From the NCBI GenBank assembly GCA_964019335.1, contig OZ025688.1, positions 62,001-126,000 on the forward strand: a DNA stretch of 64,000 nucleotides, in the 5' to 3' direction. The notes beneath the pieces were generated by a model that was given only the letters and a program-made list of their open reading frames with translations, made no database searches and was not told where the DNA came from. A program made the translations under genes and the position numbers. This stretch comes from Diplonema japonicum. Lineage: Eukaryota; Protista; Euglenozoa: Diplonemea. Below, in pieces: positions 25,601-39,829 of the stretch (position 1 is its first letter; every line of letters starts with the position of its first letter).

Positions 25601-28600
25601 CCATCGACGGGCAGGAGCTTCGCAACTCTATTCCAGGTACCCCCATGCGAACCACGGGCTGCTCCGTCAGCAACAACCCAGACTGCTACTTCAAAGTATG
25701 CACCCATGGTGCTTTGTGTACACTGAAATTCGAAGCCAGATATCAAGGCCCCACCGAGTTCGCACCAGAAGGCGGTATCTCGATGCACTACTCGCAGCAG
25801 GACTACACGACAATAGAGAGGTACACAGAGACTTCTGTTCCCGAGGAGGCAAAGCTGCTTTTCTCAAGGACAATCGGGAACGCCCCGATCCTTCTGAACA
25901 ACCAATGGGGCCAGGGCGGGACTTATGAATACTCGTTCACACCGATCCTGCAAGCTGAGCACATCGGCCACGTTTTCCTGAACGTGTCTTTCGGTGACCC
26001 TCTCTATTGGGTGCGCTTCGTGCTGCGCGTGATGAAGGTCCTCCCGCAGAGCGTGTACTTTGAGTCCGTGCTGCCTCTGGATGTGCAGCTGGGCATCTCA
26101 CAGACGCGCCCCCCAGTACCTGCGTTCCATGCAACATCATCTGCTGGCTTGAAGGCCGTCCCTGGATCATACCTCGAAGCATTGGTCCCCTACACAGCTA
26201 CCTATGTGCTAAAGGACGAGGTTGGGGCACCTCTCGCTCCAGTGCCAGGTGTTTTATTCGGGTGGACAGTGACAGCCTTCTTCGAGGGGTCGACGGAGAA
26301 CAAGGTGCTGAACGTTGTGTCACTCAACGACACGTTCATGACACACCCGCGTGCCCTCACGAACACATTCGGGGCGTGGCTGGGGATGCACGACTTCTCT
26401 TTCAAGCTGTCCTTCAGGTTGTACGTAGGGGACAACACGTGCTCACGGTTTACTTTGAATGAGGGTTGTGTGGTGTCATTTATGTTCAAGAACTCTCAGT
26501 ACACGCTGTACGCCAAGTTAATCACTCCAGTCAGGGTCCCTGCAAGCACAATTCAGGTGTCTGTTGCCAACCCAGCGACGGGGCTCCCTACAGTACGCGA
26601 CGGCGTCATCGTGACTGTTCTGCCCGGCTCAGTGGTAACAACACTGCAGAATGCAGAAATTTTCGTGTACGACGAATTCCATCACGGGTCTGCCTTCGCG
26701 CTCATCAACGGGCCCAGCCCTGCCGACGGTGTGACAAACAGGGATGCCGTAAGCACACTGAAAGACACAACACACGTACCGTCGTCCACTTGTGTGTTCA
26801 ACCAGAATGGTCTGTGTGGTGTGTGGGGGTATGACATGCGTGTTCTGGACAAGAAATGGGGGGCCAAGTGGAGAATGAAACCTAACAAGCCATGTAACAG
26901 GTGCGAGTTCACCTTCCACAGTACTCTTGGTGCTGGGCCGCAGTCCTTCTCGCCGGCATCTGATGGATCACAGATGGGTGTCCGTACTGTGTCGTGGACA
27001 GAGGACCCCATTGACCTTCAGTGCACGTCGGCTATGACCTACAAGTCAGGCAATTCGCCGTCGACGCTATTCAACATCACAGTTGTAGCGGGTGTGGTGA
27101 ATCAGCCACCAGGCGTCACAGCAGAGTACCCGAGGTGGTGGGTGTTTGCTGACACTGTGAGCGATCTTGCTAGCACGTCAACAACTAACACGTATACACT
27201 ACATCAAGAGGGAGTCACAGGCACGGCAATAAAGGCTAGGATGGGCCACGGTGCAGCTGCCACTTTTACGGGGTTGTACCTCTCGGGATCTGCTTCGCCG
27301 TCTGCAGGAGCAACAGAGTCCCTGCACCTCACCCTGCACACCATCGGCATGGTGTACGACGTGTCTACAAATGCACCGCCAGGGTCGGTCCCTGTCGCGA
27401 CGAAAAGCTACTCGTGCACGTCTAAGATAAGTCTGCAGCTACAACTCACGGAAATCCCGAAGCCGGGCATCCAGCTGACATCTGTCGTTGGTGCCAACGC
27501 GTTGTGCCCATCTGGTACATCCTCATGCACCAAGTGGGAAATCGATGCCGACACCTTCGCCACTGTGGGTGTCACTATAACTGTTCTCTTCACGAACACA
27601 TATGCGAACGGCGCAGTGATAATCGACACCACCACCGTAAGGAACAGCACGATCGTGCCAAGGGGGGGTGCAAATACTATCCCCAGGAACCTGGCTCCTA
27701 AATGGAAGTATGATGTGTCTATTGCGAAGTACACGAGCACTGACATTGTGCTGGACTCGCTGTACAACCCTAGCAATGCCGACACATTAGACGGTAACAC
27801 GTACTCCTTTGGGTCAATCGCAGTGCAGGCAACACGACCAAAGCCAAACGTGCAGGTTGACGCCACAGTTAGCAAAGGCCTTGGGCAGGTCTCCCTGAGG
27901 TACGGGTCCAGCCAAACATCAGTTGTGGTAAAGACACCCGTGAGGGAGGCAACATTCCATGTGTGCGACGCCACGTGGGACGGCACGAACGAGATAACCG
28001 GTCAGTTGTGCGTGCTGGTGAGCTTCTGGGTAGTACCTATTTCTACAACACCGCAGTTGGTCATTTGGTCGCAGCCTGGCAGCGGGGAAATGTACCGAGG
28101 GATAAGTGGCCAGTGCGGTCTGGACCCGTCACTCATGGAGTTCTCAGCCATCACGTACTACACGCTGCCACCAGCTACGGAGAGGTATTACGTGTACGAC
28201 ACGCCTATGGAGTACAGCATCAGTGCACAAAACTACCTGCAGCGTCTATCCAATGGCAATTTTGTCAATCGCACTCTGTACAACAAGAATGGCGTTCCAG
28301 TCACAACAGACAAGCTGGAAGTGTTGACTCACTCCCTCACGAAGAACGACCTGCAAGCTTCCTTCACCTTCTACGGCAGAGACATCGCGGGGTCTGCCAC
28401 GGACATGCTGACCATGTACATGGCGAGTTCCGATCTGACAGGGCGATCTGTCCTGACGTCCGTACCCAGCAAGAACAAGTACTACTGGGTTGATGCAGTG
28501 GAGGAGTACTCTTCGTGGGAGCTGTCGAAGGGCGTGGCTTACGATGACGAATGTCCTTCTAAACGATACTTCCAGTCCTCGTCGTTGAACTATCGTGTGT

Positions 28601-31600
28601 ACAACCCAGGGCCGCCGGGACGTGGCTGGGACTACTCGCAAGGCGTTGTGGCGGGCATACCCTTTCCCGTGGGTACTGTGGTGAAGACGACGACGGACAA
28701 GAGGGCGTGGACGTTCCAGTCGGGAATTCTAATGAAGGTGACAAAGAGGAGCTGGGCGGGGTGCAACGACGGTGGTACTTTCGAGGTGCTAAGTCTCCGC
28801 CCGTCTGGCAGCACCGAGACCATTACAACACGCAAGGGTGACAGGGATGCGAGCTTTGTTACTGCGGTAGGTAACGCAGCGGTACCCACCCAGCTGGGTG
28901 TGGGTACTGCGTGGCCTGTATTCAGATCAGAGTGTGAAGCCTGCACTTTGCAGCTTGACCTCTGCTACTCGGGGAGATTGCCCCAAGACTGTTTAGAATC
29001 TGCGTCCTCTGACAAGTCAGACACGGTGCCCATATATGCTGGGAGGACTAAGCTGACAAAGCCGTTCAGTGTGAAGGCGGGTGTGCCTTCGGGGCTGGAC
29101 GTGATTCAGCAAAATGTTCCCGGGTCTATGATTTCGGTAGGACAGCTCTTCTCTGTAAAACTTGAGACAGTCATGCACTTCGGCAACTGGACGATGATCG
29201 CTTCACACCTGAAAGGAATCAATTGGAAACGGAAAATATGGGCGAGAACAGTGTGGAACCCCAACACACAGCACACTTCAATGACATCTGAGATGAAGTA
29301 CGGCAACGGCGGTTTCATGCTAGATGGCATCGTGCGGCTGTTGACTGGCAGTGGCAGTGGTACGTGTGCTGACAATGCACTATCGGAAAACGAATTCAGT
29401 TCCTCCGCATCGAGGCCTTCCTTATCTGAGCTCAACGGGGGGGTTAGCTTCTTCTTCTCGCGTCCATGCAGCAGGTGCGAAGTGTGGCTGGATTACCGTG
29501 TGGAATATGGCAGCAAACACATCGAGGGGACCTTCCCCCTCCGGAGTTACCAATCTGCCAACAATCTGGTTGTCGTTGGTGCAGTATTGCGCTTTAAAGT
29601 GACAACTTGCAGTGTGAAGTGGCTTCTTGGAAGTCATGTCGTTGCCGTGCGCAAGAGGCGCCCCTTCTCACTCACAATGCTACGTGTCGATGCTCACAAC
29701 ATGCTGTCATGGGAGGGCAGCAGCAAGTTGAATGTTAAGCCGGTGTTAGAGGCCATGTCCAGCAACGGCGGTGGGGGAAGGGCGGAAATTACATCCCCAG
29801 AGGAAAGTGGGGAGCCTGGTCATTTCGCTGTGAGGATGCAGTACTCAAGGGCATGCTTCTGGTGCCGTGTGAAGATGGGTGACTACGACCACTACCTCAC
29901 AGTGCTGACCGATGCCACGCAAATCATAGCCATGCCACTATACAGTGAGCAGAACAAGACTCAGTGGTTGTTGCAACCAGGTGACGTGGGCACGTGGACC
30001 TTCCAAATGTACGCAGCAGATGATCTTGGCGACAGATCCTACACAATAGGAGGACCCACCCTGGCCGCATTCAGGCCTCATTACTCTGGGCTGGTTCTGA
30101 GCCCGATACCCTTGGAGCTGAAGGCGCCCGTTGCTATTACAGAGTTCACACCTTCTGTTATGTTGCAAGACCCCAACCTGACACTGTCGTCTCTGTCACT
30201 GGGCAAGCCATTGGCAAAGGTGACACTAGGAGAGTATTTCTACAATGGCGTCCCAGTCCCTTCTGTTGGGAAGAGCAAAGGCACTGTGGGAATCACAACA
30301 GTGCAGCTCTACGGTGATATTCCTGGAGTGTGGTATGACTTGGACTTTACGCTGGGCCCAGCAACAAGTGTGAGCCTCTATGGGGAGAAGAGGAAGCCTG
30401 TTGTGGATTTCTCGGCTGTGGCAGAGAGAATGGCCATCGATGACGCCACTAAGGGGTACCTCACGGGTACATGCCCTTCGAAGGGGATGTCTCAGAGGAA
30501 TGGGATCTGCTTCTTCCGAGCGTACGCGATAGCGCAGCCTCCTAATTCAGCGGACACCAATACAGCGTGGTTCTTATCGCTCTCGAAGATGGACGACCCG
30601 GCAACGGCCTCTGTTACGTGCACTTCGTGCGTTGCTGTCGTGGATGCCTCAGCACACTTTATCAGAGGCATAGCTAACTTTGAATTGCGGCTTATAAATA
30701 TTGGTACCTCGCTTTCATGTACCTGTCAAGTCACAGTGGTCCCGCCACCTGTGCTGATGCACCTCAATTCCACAGAGCAATCGTTCAGAGTCACATATGA
30801 CTTGGCGGAGCTTGCGGTGTGGCGGTGGAAGTCCTCGGACACCATCATAGCACCTAAGCAAAATGGCAGTGCCGTGAGTGTCGCGAACAGGTTAGTTGAA
30901 CTGCGGTTTGAAGCAACAGACGCAAACGGGAGGCTTCCCGAGACGGACGGTATGGCCCTCACATGGAGCAAGGCTGAGGTGTCTTTAGATACTGCGCTCG
31001 TTCTCCCGGCAGGGTGCTTCATGTGCACGAATGGTAACGGTGCCTCCTGCGAGATTGAAGTTGACAACAGAGGCACCGAAGTGTCGCTCGAGGGTTATTT
31101 CTCAGAAGGGAGCCAGTGCGTTATCAAAAGTGGTGCACTGTCGGGGTTTCCTGTGTCTGTGGGGCAGTCTGTTTCCGTCATGAGCGATATCATTGTAAAT
31201 GTGGAGGTTCCTGAAAATGTGACTGTCTCTGCATTTACTTCTCTCAACGCAGAGACACTGGACGAGAAGCCGGCAGCAATCTGCGGCGAAGGTGCGACAG
31301 CTACCTTCAGGATCCTCACAAGCAAGGACGTCTTGGTGTCGGGCGACAACCACATGGTGTTTTACGTCTCTGGGTCGCAGGGAAGCAACAGCAGCTTCGC
31401 CTACAAGAACAACACATGGCCGGGCGTGCGTGAAGTGACGGCCACTGCAGGGGTTGCTGAAGTGCACTTCGATATCAACACGACGACAAGAGTGCCAGAT
31501 ACCTTCACGCCTGGGGTGGAGGTCATGACCACCTTTCACCTCCCATGGTACTTTGTGGTGCGTGCGGTGGGCCTTGTCTCCACTATCGACCCCAACGGAA

Positions 31601-33286
31601 CAGTTGTGATACGAGAAAGAATTTTCACGAGCACAGAGCTGGGCCCGTTGTATTTCCTGCGTAAGGTCAACACGTTCAGAGCAGTGTTGCCGTCAGGCGC
31701 GAACATCGTCCTGGACAGGGGAGATGCTGACGACAAAGGCGAAGTACCAGGAGTGGTGCACGGTGTGCCGATGTCTCTAAGGTTTGAAGGTGTCGACAAA
31801 CAAGGGATACGAGTCGTGCACCCCGAGGACTATGGGACAGATGAAGTCTTCGGGTTCGACTCACTGCAGACGCCGTGCTTGGGCACGGACCAGGTGGTGA
31901 CACCAGAGGGTTACCCTAGAATATACGAGACATGTATTGTGGGAGGGAAGTGTGAGATGGAGAGCTTTGCTGCCACCCCCTGCGCAGATTACAGATGGAG
32001 CCTCCCGCGGCACCCGTTGCGGCTGTTTCACGGCACGCTGCTACTCAGCAACATCACATACAACTTGAACTTAGAAGGCATCATGAGGTTCAGGCTGACC
32101 GTCGGGGGAAGCCACGTCATGGGCGACAATGAGTTACTGTGTGCAGTGGACCTGCAGCGTGTGGCAAAGGTTGCCGTTGTCAACGTGACGATGTGTGTAG
32201 GGACCCCGACAGAGTGTTCCATGGCCGAGCCTGTTCCTTTTGACATGACGGTGATACTTGCACAAGAAAGCGGCCATCTTGTAACGGCTGACTCCTCCAG
32301 TTCCATCCTAGTGGTGGGGGAGTGCTTAGATGTGGACGGCGATACTTATCTTGGGTTGGCAACGGGTGGTCCCGTCGACATCGTGACGCAGCTTAAGTTC
32401 CCTGTCGTGAAAGGGGCGGCGAGGGTCACCGGGTTGCAAGCAGACGGGTTCTGTAACAAGCTGCGCATCAATGTGACATGCATCGAAGGGTCGCGGGACT
32501 GTGCACATGCCCAGCAGCACAGCATTCTTCTCAGGATCACCCCGCCAGAGAACTACACGGTGGCGCCTAGAGAAACACCGGTCCCTGCGCCAGTGGAGAT
32601 GTCTATGGGTGTGTACCATTTCTTTTTTCCTTTTTTCTCCCCCCTCACCCTTAAGAAAATCTCCTGAAACACAGGTGTTTTTAACAACGTGGAGGCGTTT
32701 GTGAATTTCACAAAAACGGTCAGCAAAACTGATTTCGAGTCGAAGATGCTGGAGCTGACGGCACAGCAAGGGCTGAGCGTATGCGCACACCTTTACTATT
32801 GACACTTTGCAGGTCATTGATAAAGTAGTTCTTATCGAGGTGTGCAGCGTGGGTGGAAACATGAGTGTATGTGTTGGGTACGGTGGGACAGGCAGGGCAG
32901 CTGAGACCCTTCAGGTAGGCGGTGTGGTAGCTGTCGCAAAATTTGATGTTCTAACGAAAGTATATGTAGACCCTGGCACAGTGGCCCTGCAGATGATTAG
33001 TACCATCAGTGCAGACCTTGCTTCTCCATCCTCGGTTTTAAAGGCGTCACCTATCTTCACTGAAGCCACAGCCGACCTACCCCAGCCTACCCCACAACCA
33101 ACCACAGCCACGCTCACCCTCCATGTACCTCCGGACACTTCTATTCCTGACACTTTTGTACCCCCTACAACCCTCCCAAAGTCCCCTTCCCCCCCTACGC
33201 TTGCTCCTGTGCCTATTGACCTTGCGTCATGCCCCACTCCTGCCAAGTTTGCTCTTATAGTTATTGTTCTAGTGTTTCTATGCTAG
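19678..33286 (+). CDS. Giant (~4,500 aa) putative GPI-anchored surface glycoprotein; exons 19678-32608, 32675-32778, 32813-33286
   Basis: 12.9-kb uninterrupted ORF; signal peptide; S/T-rich '(S/T)LPT' stalk; recurring GD.l.lV....C, Y.VC and C..C motifs. Introns 32609-32674 and 32779-32812 join a P/T-rich end with a terminal hydrophobic tail (FALIVIVLVFLC). Confidence 0.88.
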
Positions 33287-33484
33287 AGAACAGAGGAGGG
33301 GAAAAAATAGAAAGAAAGAGAGAGGGGGAAACAAAATTGAACGAAGAGAGACCGAGAAAGAGAGAAATGCTGTGGTATTATCATGCCACGCAAACCTTTT
33401 GAATGATATCCCCTTTCATGTCCCACTATTCCACCATTCTTTCTTTGTTTCCTCAACCCCACCGCACAACAGGAAACCAAGCAA

Positions 33485-36400
33485 ATGCAAGGATATGGAA
33501 CGTTGCAGGATGTAGAAGAAGGGTTGGTGAGGAGGGTGACGAAGAGGAGCTTGTGTGAGGAAGGGTTGCTGCAGTGGATATGGGGAATATTCTGGATGGG
33601 GGCGAAGGGGGCGGAGATCGGTGAGGAGCATGTGCCGTGGTTGCCGGAGAGGCTGACGATGGACGAGATCGCACCAAAGTACATCAGGGCGTGGAGGCAG
33701 GAGAAGCTCAGGGCGAAACCATCGCTCACGAAGCTGTCGATGCGCATCTACAAGTTGGAGATCGCATTGTTCTTCTTGTGGGGCCTTATACAAGGTATAG
33801 CGGGGACTATTGGTCGACCGCTCTTGCTGAAGTATCTTATCGAAGCCGCTACACACGACGATGACAAAAACGACGAAGCAATGATGTACGTTGGGTGTCT
33901 GGGTGCCCTTCTCGTTGTGGAAGGCGCGACAGCTGTCATGGGCCGTGTTGCACTGTCAGGCGTCATTGCGTCTGGGATCTGCACAGGGCTGACTTCTCTT
34001 ATCCACGACAAATCCCTCCGCCTGACATCAGGCTCCATTTCTACCGAGCGTGCTCTTGTTGGAAACGACATCACCCGTCTTTACGAGAACTCCAAGGTCC
34101 TCTCGCAACTCCCTTCTTCGGCTACCTCCATGGTCGGGGGCACAATCCTAATTCTAATCACCGTGTCTTATGAGGGTATTGCCGGCATCGTCATGCTCGC
34201 CATTGTACTCTTTGTAAACCGTGCGCTGGCCAAGCGTGCTGCCAAAGAGGAAGCTGAAACCCTTGCAGCAGGCGATGTACGCATACAGCTCATCACCCGT
34301 GTCATTGAAGGCATCAAGGCAGTCAAGCTCTCTGCTTGGGAGGTCCCATTCGAAAACGCCATCAAGGAAACTAGGAAGACTGAAAGCTATTCCCTCTCCA
34401 GGTTCCGCCTCGCGACCATGTCCTCCATCCAAGTCGGCAGGGCATCACCTGCCCTCGCTGCTTGTGTGACCTTCGGGTTCATGTTCCTCATGGACGCGGA
34501 GCTTAACGTGGCAGACGTGTTCGCCGCCTACACAGCCTTCCAAGCCATGCGGCTCAGCATGGTGGTCATCCCACGTGCTCTCACCGTCATAGCTACTAAC
34601 AACATCTCTCTCGACCGTATTCAGGCATACCTCCTCCAGGAGGAGCACACGCCTACCTCACTGGTGCCCAAGGACTCTCACTTTACCCTGCACGCTACAG
34701 GCTGCTCCTTTCAGCACCGGGGCTCCGACAAGTTCACTCTGAAACTCCCTTCGCTGACCGTCAAGAAAGGCGCGGCGCATGCGCTGGTGGGCCCCGTCGG
34801 AAGTGGCAAGACCTCAACTATTACAGCGGTTTTGGGCGACTTGGATAGGCAGGAGGGAACCGTGATGCTGAGTGACTCCGTAGGGTACGTCCCGCAGAAG
34901 AGCTTCATCACATGCGGTACGGTGCTCGAGAACATCACAATGGGGCGCCCGCTTGATGAAAATATGTTCAGGAAGGTTGTTCAAGCAGCTGCCCTAGAAG
35001 AGGACCTCAAGAGGTTGCACGATGGGCGGTACACGCAAATCGGAGAGAGGGGCGTGACCCTTTCCGGTGGGCAGCAGCAGAGGGTCTGCATTGCAAGAGC
35101 GCTGTACGGGGACCCCGACCTGCTCATTATGGACGACCCCTTGGCGGCAGTGGACGGCATGGTAGCAGCTGTCATTTTCGACAGAGTGGTGGCCAGCAGG
35201 CGGGAAGGGCAGTCAATCCTCATGTCCATCAACCAGCTGCAGTTCCTTAATCGGTTCACCGACGTAACACTTTTAGAGGAGGGTGAGGTTGTCGAGCAAG
35301 GCGCCATTGCCGACCATATGAATTCAGACTCACGCATCGGAGCACTCTTGACAGACGAAGAGGACAGACCCGAGCAGGCGGTGTGCGAAGAAGAACCTGT
35401 GCAGCAGGAAACTGGGAAGAAAACGAACGACCTGGTGTCTGCTGAGAAGAGGAAAAAGGGTGCCATCAAAGACGCTGTCATGATAACGTATTTCAAGAGC
35501 ATGGGTGCAGGGTGGGTGACGGCTTGCTTTGTATCGCTGGTCATTACCTACGGTTTGATGGCCTTCTGTGACAGGTGGTTGGCAGCGTGGACGTCGCAGT
35601 ACGACGAAGACGCGCAAGGGGAGCACCCACCTGTGGAGAACTACTACCTGTACGTCTTCGTTGGCGCGTCGGTAGCATTTGCTGCTGGGTTGATTATTAC
35701 TTCGGCGTGTTTCTCGTACGCCACTGTGGCTGCGAGTCTTACCCTCCATAATGACTGCTTTGACCACATTCTGCATGCTCCGTTGTCGTGGTTCGAGTCC
35801 ACGCCGAGTGGGAGGATCCTGTCGCGCTTCTCGGCTGACATGGCGAACGTCGACACGCAGTTCGGGTTCACCCTCGACAACATCATGCAGAAGATTGCGT
35901 CTCTCATCGTCCTGCTGGTCATGATCTGCGTCATCGTCCCTCTCATCACACCCATCATCGTGTTCGCTGCTGTGGCCTACTACTTTGAGGTAATCGCCGT
36001 CGACAGGTCCAACAGGCAGATTAAGCGCTATGCGAATAACTCCATGTCCCCTATCTTGTCGTCCATGGGCGACATCGGCAGCGCGCAGGGCAGGCTCGTC
36101 ATCCGCAGTATGAACCTGCAGCACGCAGCAAAGACGAAGTTCTACTTCCAATACGACGACCTGTCGATGTACAACTATGCGTCAGTCGCCATCACGCACT
36201 TTGGCATGCAAGCGTCGTACCTCATTTCCATCATCATATCGTGTGCCACAGGGACCTTCATTTTGTATGGTCCGGGTAACATCTCGTCCTCGTTGCTGGG
36301 ACTGGCTATGACTTACTCTTTTATGTTGCCCTACTTCTTCCTCTTTTTCTCGCTGTTTTACAGCCGCATGAAGTCTCTCCTCACGTCACTTGAGCGTCTT

Positions 36401-38076
36401 CTTGAATGTAAAGATGCCAGTGTCCCCCAGGAGCCCGAGTGGTTCGAGCCCACCGACGCTGCCATCCCCTCCTCGTGGCCTGAGAAGGGCAACATCACCT
36501 TCGATGATGCCACGCTTGTCTACCGCCCAGGGCTCCCGCCTGCACTCAACGAAGTTGACCTCGAAATCAAAGGTGGCTCGACTGTTGGGGTTGTGGGGCG
36601 CACGGGGGCTGGGAAGTCATCGCTTGTCGTGCTGCTGTTCAGGTATGAAATGAAACACACTACCACCCATCATAGACTCCGTGAGCTGGCCGCTGGAAAG
36701 ATTAAAATAGACGGAACAGACATCAGCAGGATCGGCCTGCAAACGTTGAGGAAGACCATGGCCGTCATCCCACAGGTAACACTTACGCACTTCAACTACT
36801 TCCCACAGGAACCATTGTTGATCGACGACACAGTGGCAAGGAACCTGGACCCCTTCAGCATGAAGCCTGAGAAGGAGCTGCGCGACGTGTTGGACAAGGT
36901 AGGCCTCGAGACTGTGAGCTTGTCGGAACCTGGGCTGAACCTAAGCGCCGGGGAGAAGCAGTTAGTCTCGCTTGCTAGGTATTGTTAAACGGTGACAGCA
37001 AACACCACACATGACCACACAGGGCGCTGCTGCTGCCTGCCAGGATCGTCATTATGGACGAGCCGACATCCAACATCGACCCGCGGACAGATGCTGCCGT
37101 GCAGAGAGTCATCAGAGAGGACTGGAGCGACAGGACGGTGGTCACAATTGCGCACCGTTTGAACACCATCATCGACAACGACTACATCCTTGTGATGCGC
37201 GACGGGAGGGTTGCAGAGTATTCCACTCCCAAGGCACTCCTTGCCGACCCCGACACGCAGTTTTTCTCGATGGTGGCAGGGCTCGGCCTGGGGGAGAGCA
37301 CAAACCTCATGAAGATAGCCTCCGAGTCCACCCTGCGCGCAGTGATCGACACGAACGAGGAAGCTGGCGCAAACCCACTCCTTCCGAACAACATCGTCGA
37401 CAGCAGCACAACCACACTCGGTGAGCTGAGAGACAGCGATGAGGCAGAAGCGCAGCAAGTACTTTCCGTTGATGCAGACGTCGGGGTTGCACCAGTCGAC
37501 ACATCTTTATCAACACCAGTTGCGGACGAGCCATCATTGGAGGCTAGCGAAGGCTCTACGGGTGCGATGGAAGAAGCACGAAACGAGGGCAAGGCAGCCT
37601 GTGAGGCGTCTTCTGATGAACCTACAGAAATGAAAAACGAGGAGACAGAAGCGACGGAGGAGTTTGCAGTGGCAGGCGAGGAGATTGAAAAAACAGAAGA
37701 GACAGAAGTTGCTGATGAAAACGATCACCACAACAAGACAGATGGGATGATGGAAGCACCCACGGGAAGCGAAAATCTCGCATCTGCGATAAAAAACGAA
37801 ACCATCGAAGAAGAAGGCCCCGTGAGAGTGGAGCCCGTGGCGACAAGTGACGAGGACGAAATGTCCTCCAAAATGACGCAAGACGGGCCTGCAGTCCAGG
37901 ACCTTGCCGAGGAGGTTACTACAGCAGATACACAGGACAAGGCACCTGATGTATCTGGTGATGCCTCTGAGGAATTAAAACCTAAGCCAGTTAAAGCACG
38001 TGATGCTGCTCAAGACGTTCTTGAGGAGCGGACAGCTGAAGCTTCTCAGGGAGCACCAACCGACGAAGACGCCTGA
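33485..38076 (+). CDS. ABCC/MRP-type full ABC transporter, ~1,493 aa; exons 33485-36642, 36676-36775, 36809-36978, 37023-38076
   Basis: TMD-NBD-TMD-NBD; GPVGSGKT, GERGVTLSGGQ, MDDPLAAVD, FESTPSGRILSRFS, GRTGAGKSS, LSAGEKQLVSLARAL, MDEPTSNID. No TMD0; long acidic C-terminal tail. Confidence 0.95.
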
Positions 38077-38533
38077 CTACCTGTGTTTGGCAATTCGAAA
38101 CAAATCCCTATCCACCCATTCCCCCGCTCGAAGGGTACCGCTTCTTCTATCGAACTGTATGGGAGTAGCAAGCCCCAAGCAAGCATCAAGGCACCTGGTC
38201 CTTTCTAGGCTACCACTGTACTTGCTTTGGAGGTCAAAATAAAAGAGTAGGCCCCGAGATTATCAAAAATAAGAATAAAAAAAAAAAAAAAAAAACTCTC
38301 CCCTTCCAATCTAAAAACCCCCCCACCGTTCTGTGTGCGAGATTCTCGCGACCGTCCGTAATTTATTTTCGGTAGGAGGTAAAAAAAGTTTTTTTTTTTA
38401 ATTCTATTCTTCATCTACCTATTTCTTATGCCGTTTTCTTTTTTTTTTTTTTTTTATTCCCCGGATCGACCAGCTGTTTTTTTCTCGTTTGCATCAACCA
38501 AACAAAAAAGGAGACCCAAGGGGAGCGGGAGGG

Positions 38534-38564
<31 letters not shown>

Positions 38565-38568
<4 letters not shown>

Positions 38569-39829
38569 GCAACGGATGTCTTGGAAAGGAAAAGCCCGAA
38601 GAAGAGGAACAAGAAGACGAGAAAATAATGCGGGAAGCCTCGGCGACACAGGAGAAACGGGAAATCGACCCGGCGAACATGTTTCGGGTGTGCAAGGAGA
38701 AGGATTTCAACAACAATGAATCGAAGCTCGTCCACTGCAAAGGCCGGGAGGTAGTCGTTTGGAAGCGATCCGGGGAGTACTACTCTTTAGACAACGGCTG
38801 CTACCACCACGGTGCCGCACTACTTAACGGCGATATCGAAGATATGGGAGGCAAACAATGTGTGGTGTGCCCATGGCACGGGTACAGAATAACCCTGAAA
38901 GACGGGGAAGGCCTATACTGGGGCCTCGGAGAAGACTTAAAAAAAAGAACAATTCGTTCAAAAGGCGTTAAACAGCGAGCGCACACTGTTGTTGTCTCCA
39001 ACGAAGATGTCTTTGTAGATATCAACACCGATCCAGAACCACTGGATTCAGACCATTACTCATGTTCTGGTAACACCGTAGACAAAGGGCACCAGCAGGG
39101 AGAACGTCCGGACACAACTATTCGATTGGTTAAAAAGGAACCTGTTAGTCAATCAGGGAAAACGGTTAAATACACCTTTAAATATACCGATCCGATCTCG
39201 TCGAATTTCGATGGGTGCCCAGGCCAAGCTGCCTTGATCGATATCCCAGAGTTAGGGCAGCAACGACGGTGGACGGTTGTGGAAAAAAATGAAGAGGGGT
39301 TGACAATTATCGTGAAGACAAAATTGGATGGTGTCGCGAGCAATTGGTTAAGAACCTCTTTAAAGATCGGGCAGACGTTGATATTACGAGAGATCTCTGA
39401 TGGTTTTGGGTTCACGAACATCCCGGCTCCTATGGGTGTGGAAATTACGCTGATATCCGGTGGTGTCGGGATTACCCCAATGCTGGCGATTTTGAATCAT
39501 TGTCTCACAGGTGCAGTTCCTGATATTTCCTGTATCAATCATTTTCATTGTGACAGAGGTGAGGAAGATCTAATCCTCCCTGAACTTCTCGAAGCGTTTC
39601 AGGAGAACTATCCTGGTGTTTTCCAGCTGCATCTTTATCTGACTCGGCCGCCGATGCCGTGGGCGCATGAGTCTGGGAGGATCACCCCTTCTGCTATATT
39701 GTCACATTGCCCGACACCACGACACACTTACGTTTGTGGCCCGACTGGTTTTTACGAGGGAATACAAAGAGGGCTTGTCGGGGCTGGTTACCCTCGGGCG
39801 ATGATACATAATGAGTCTTTTGTTGCTTG

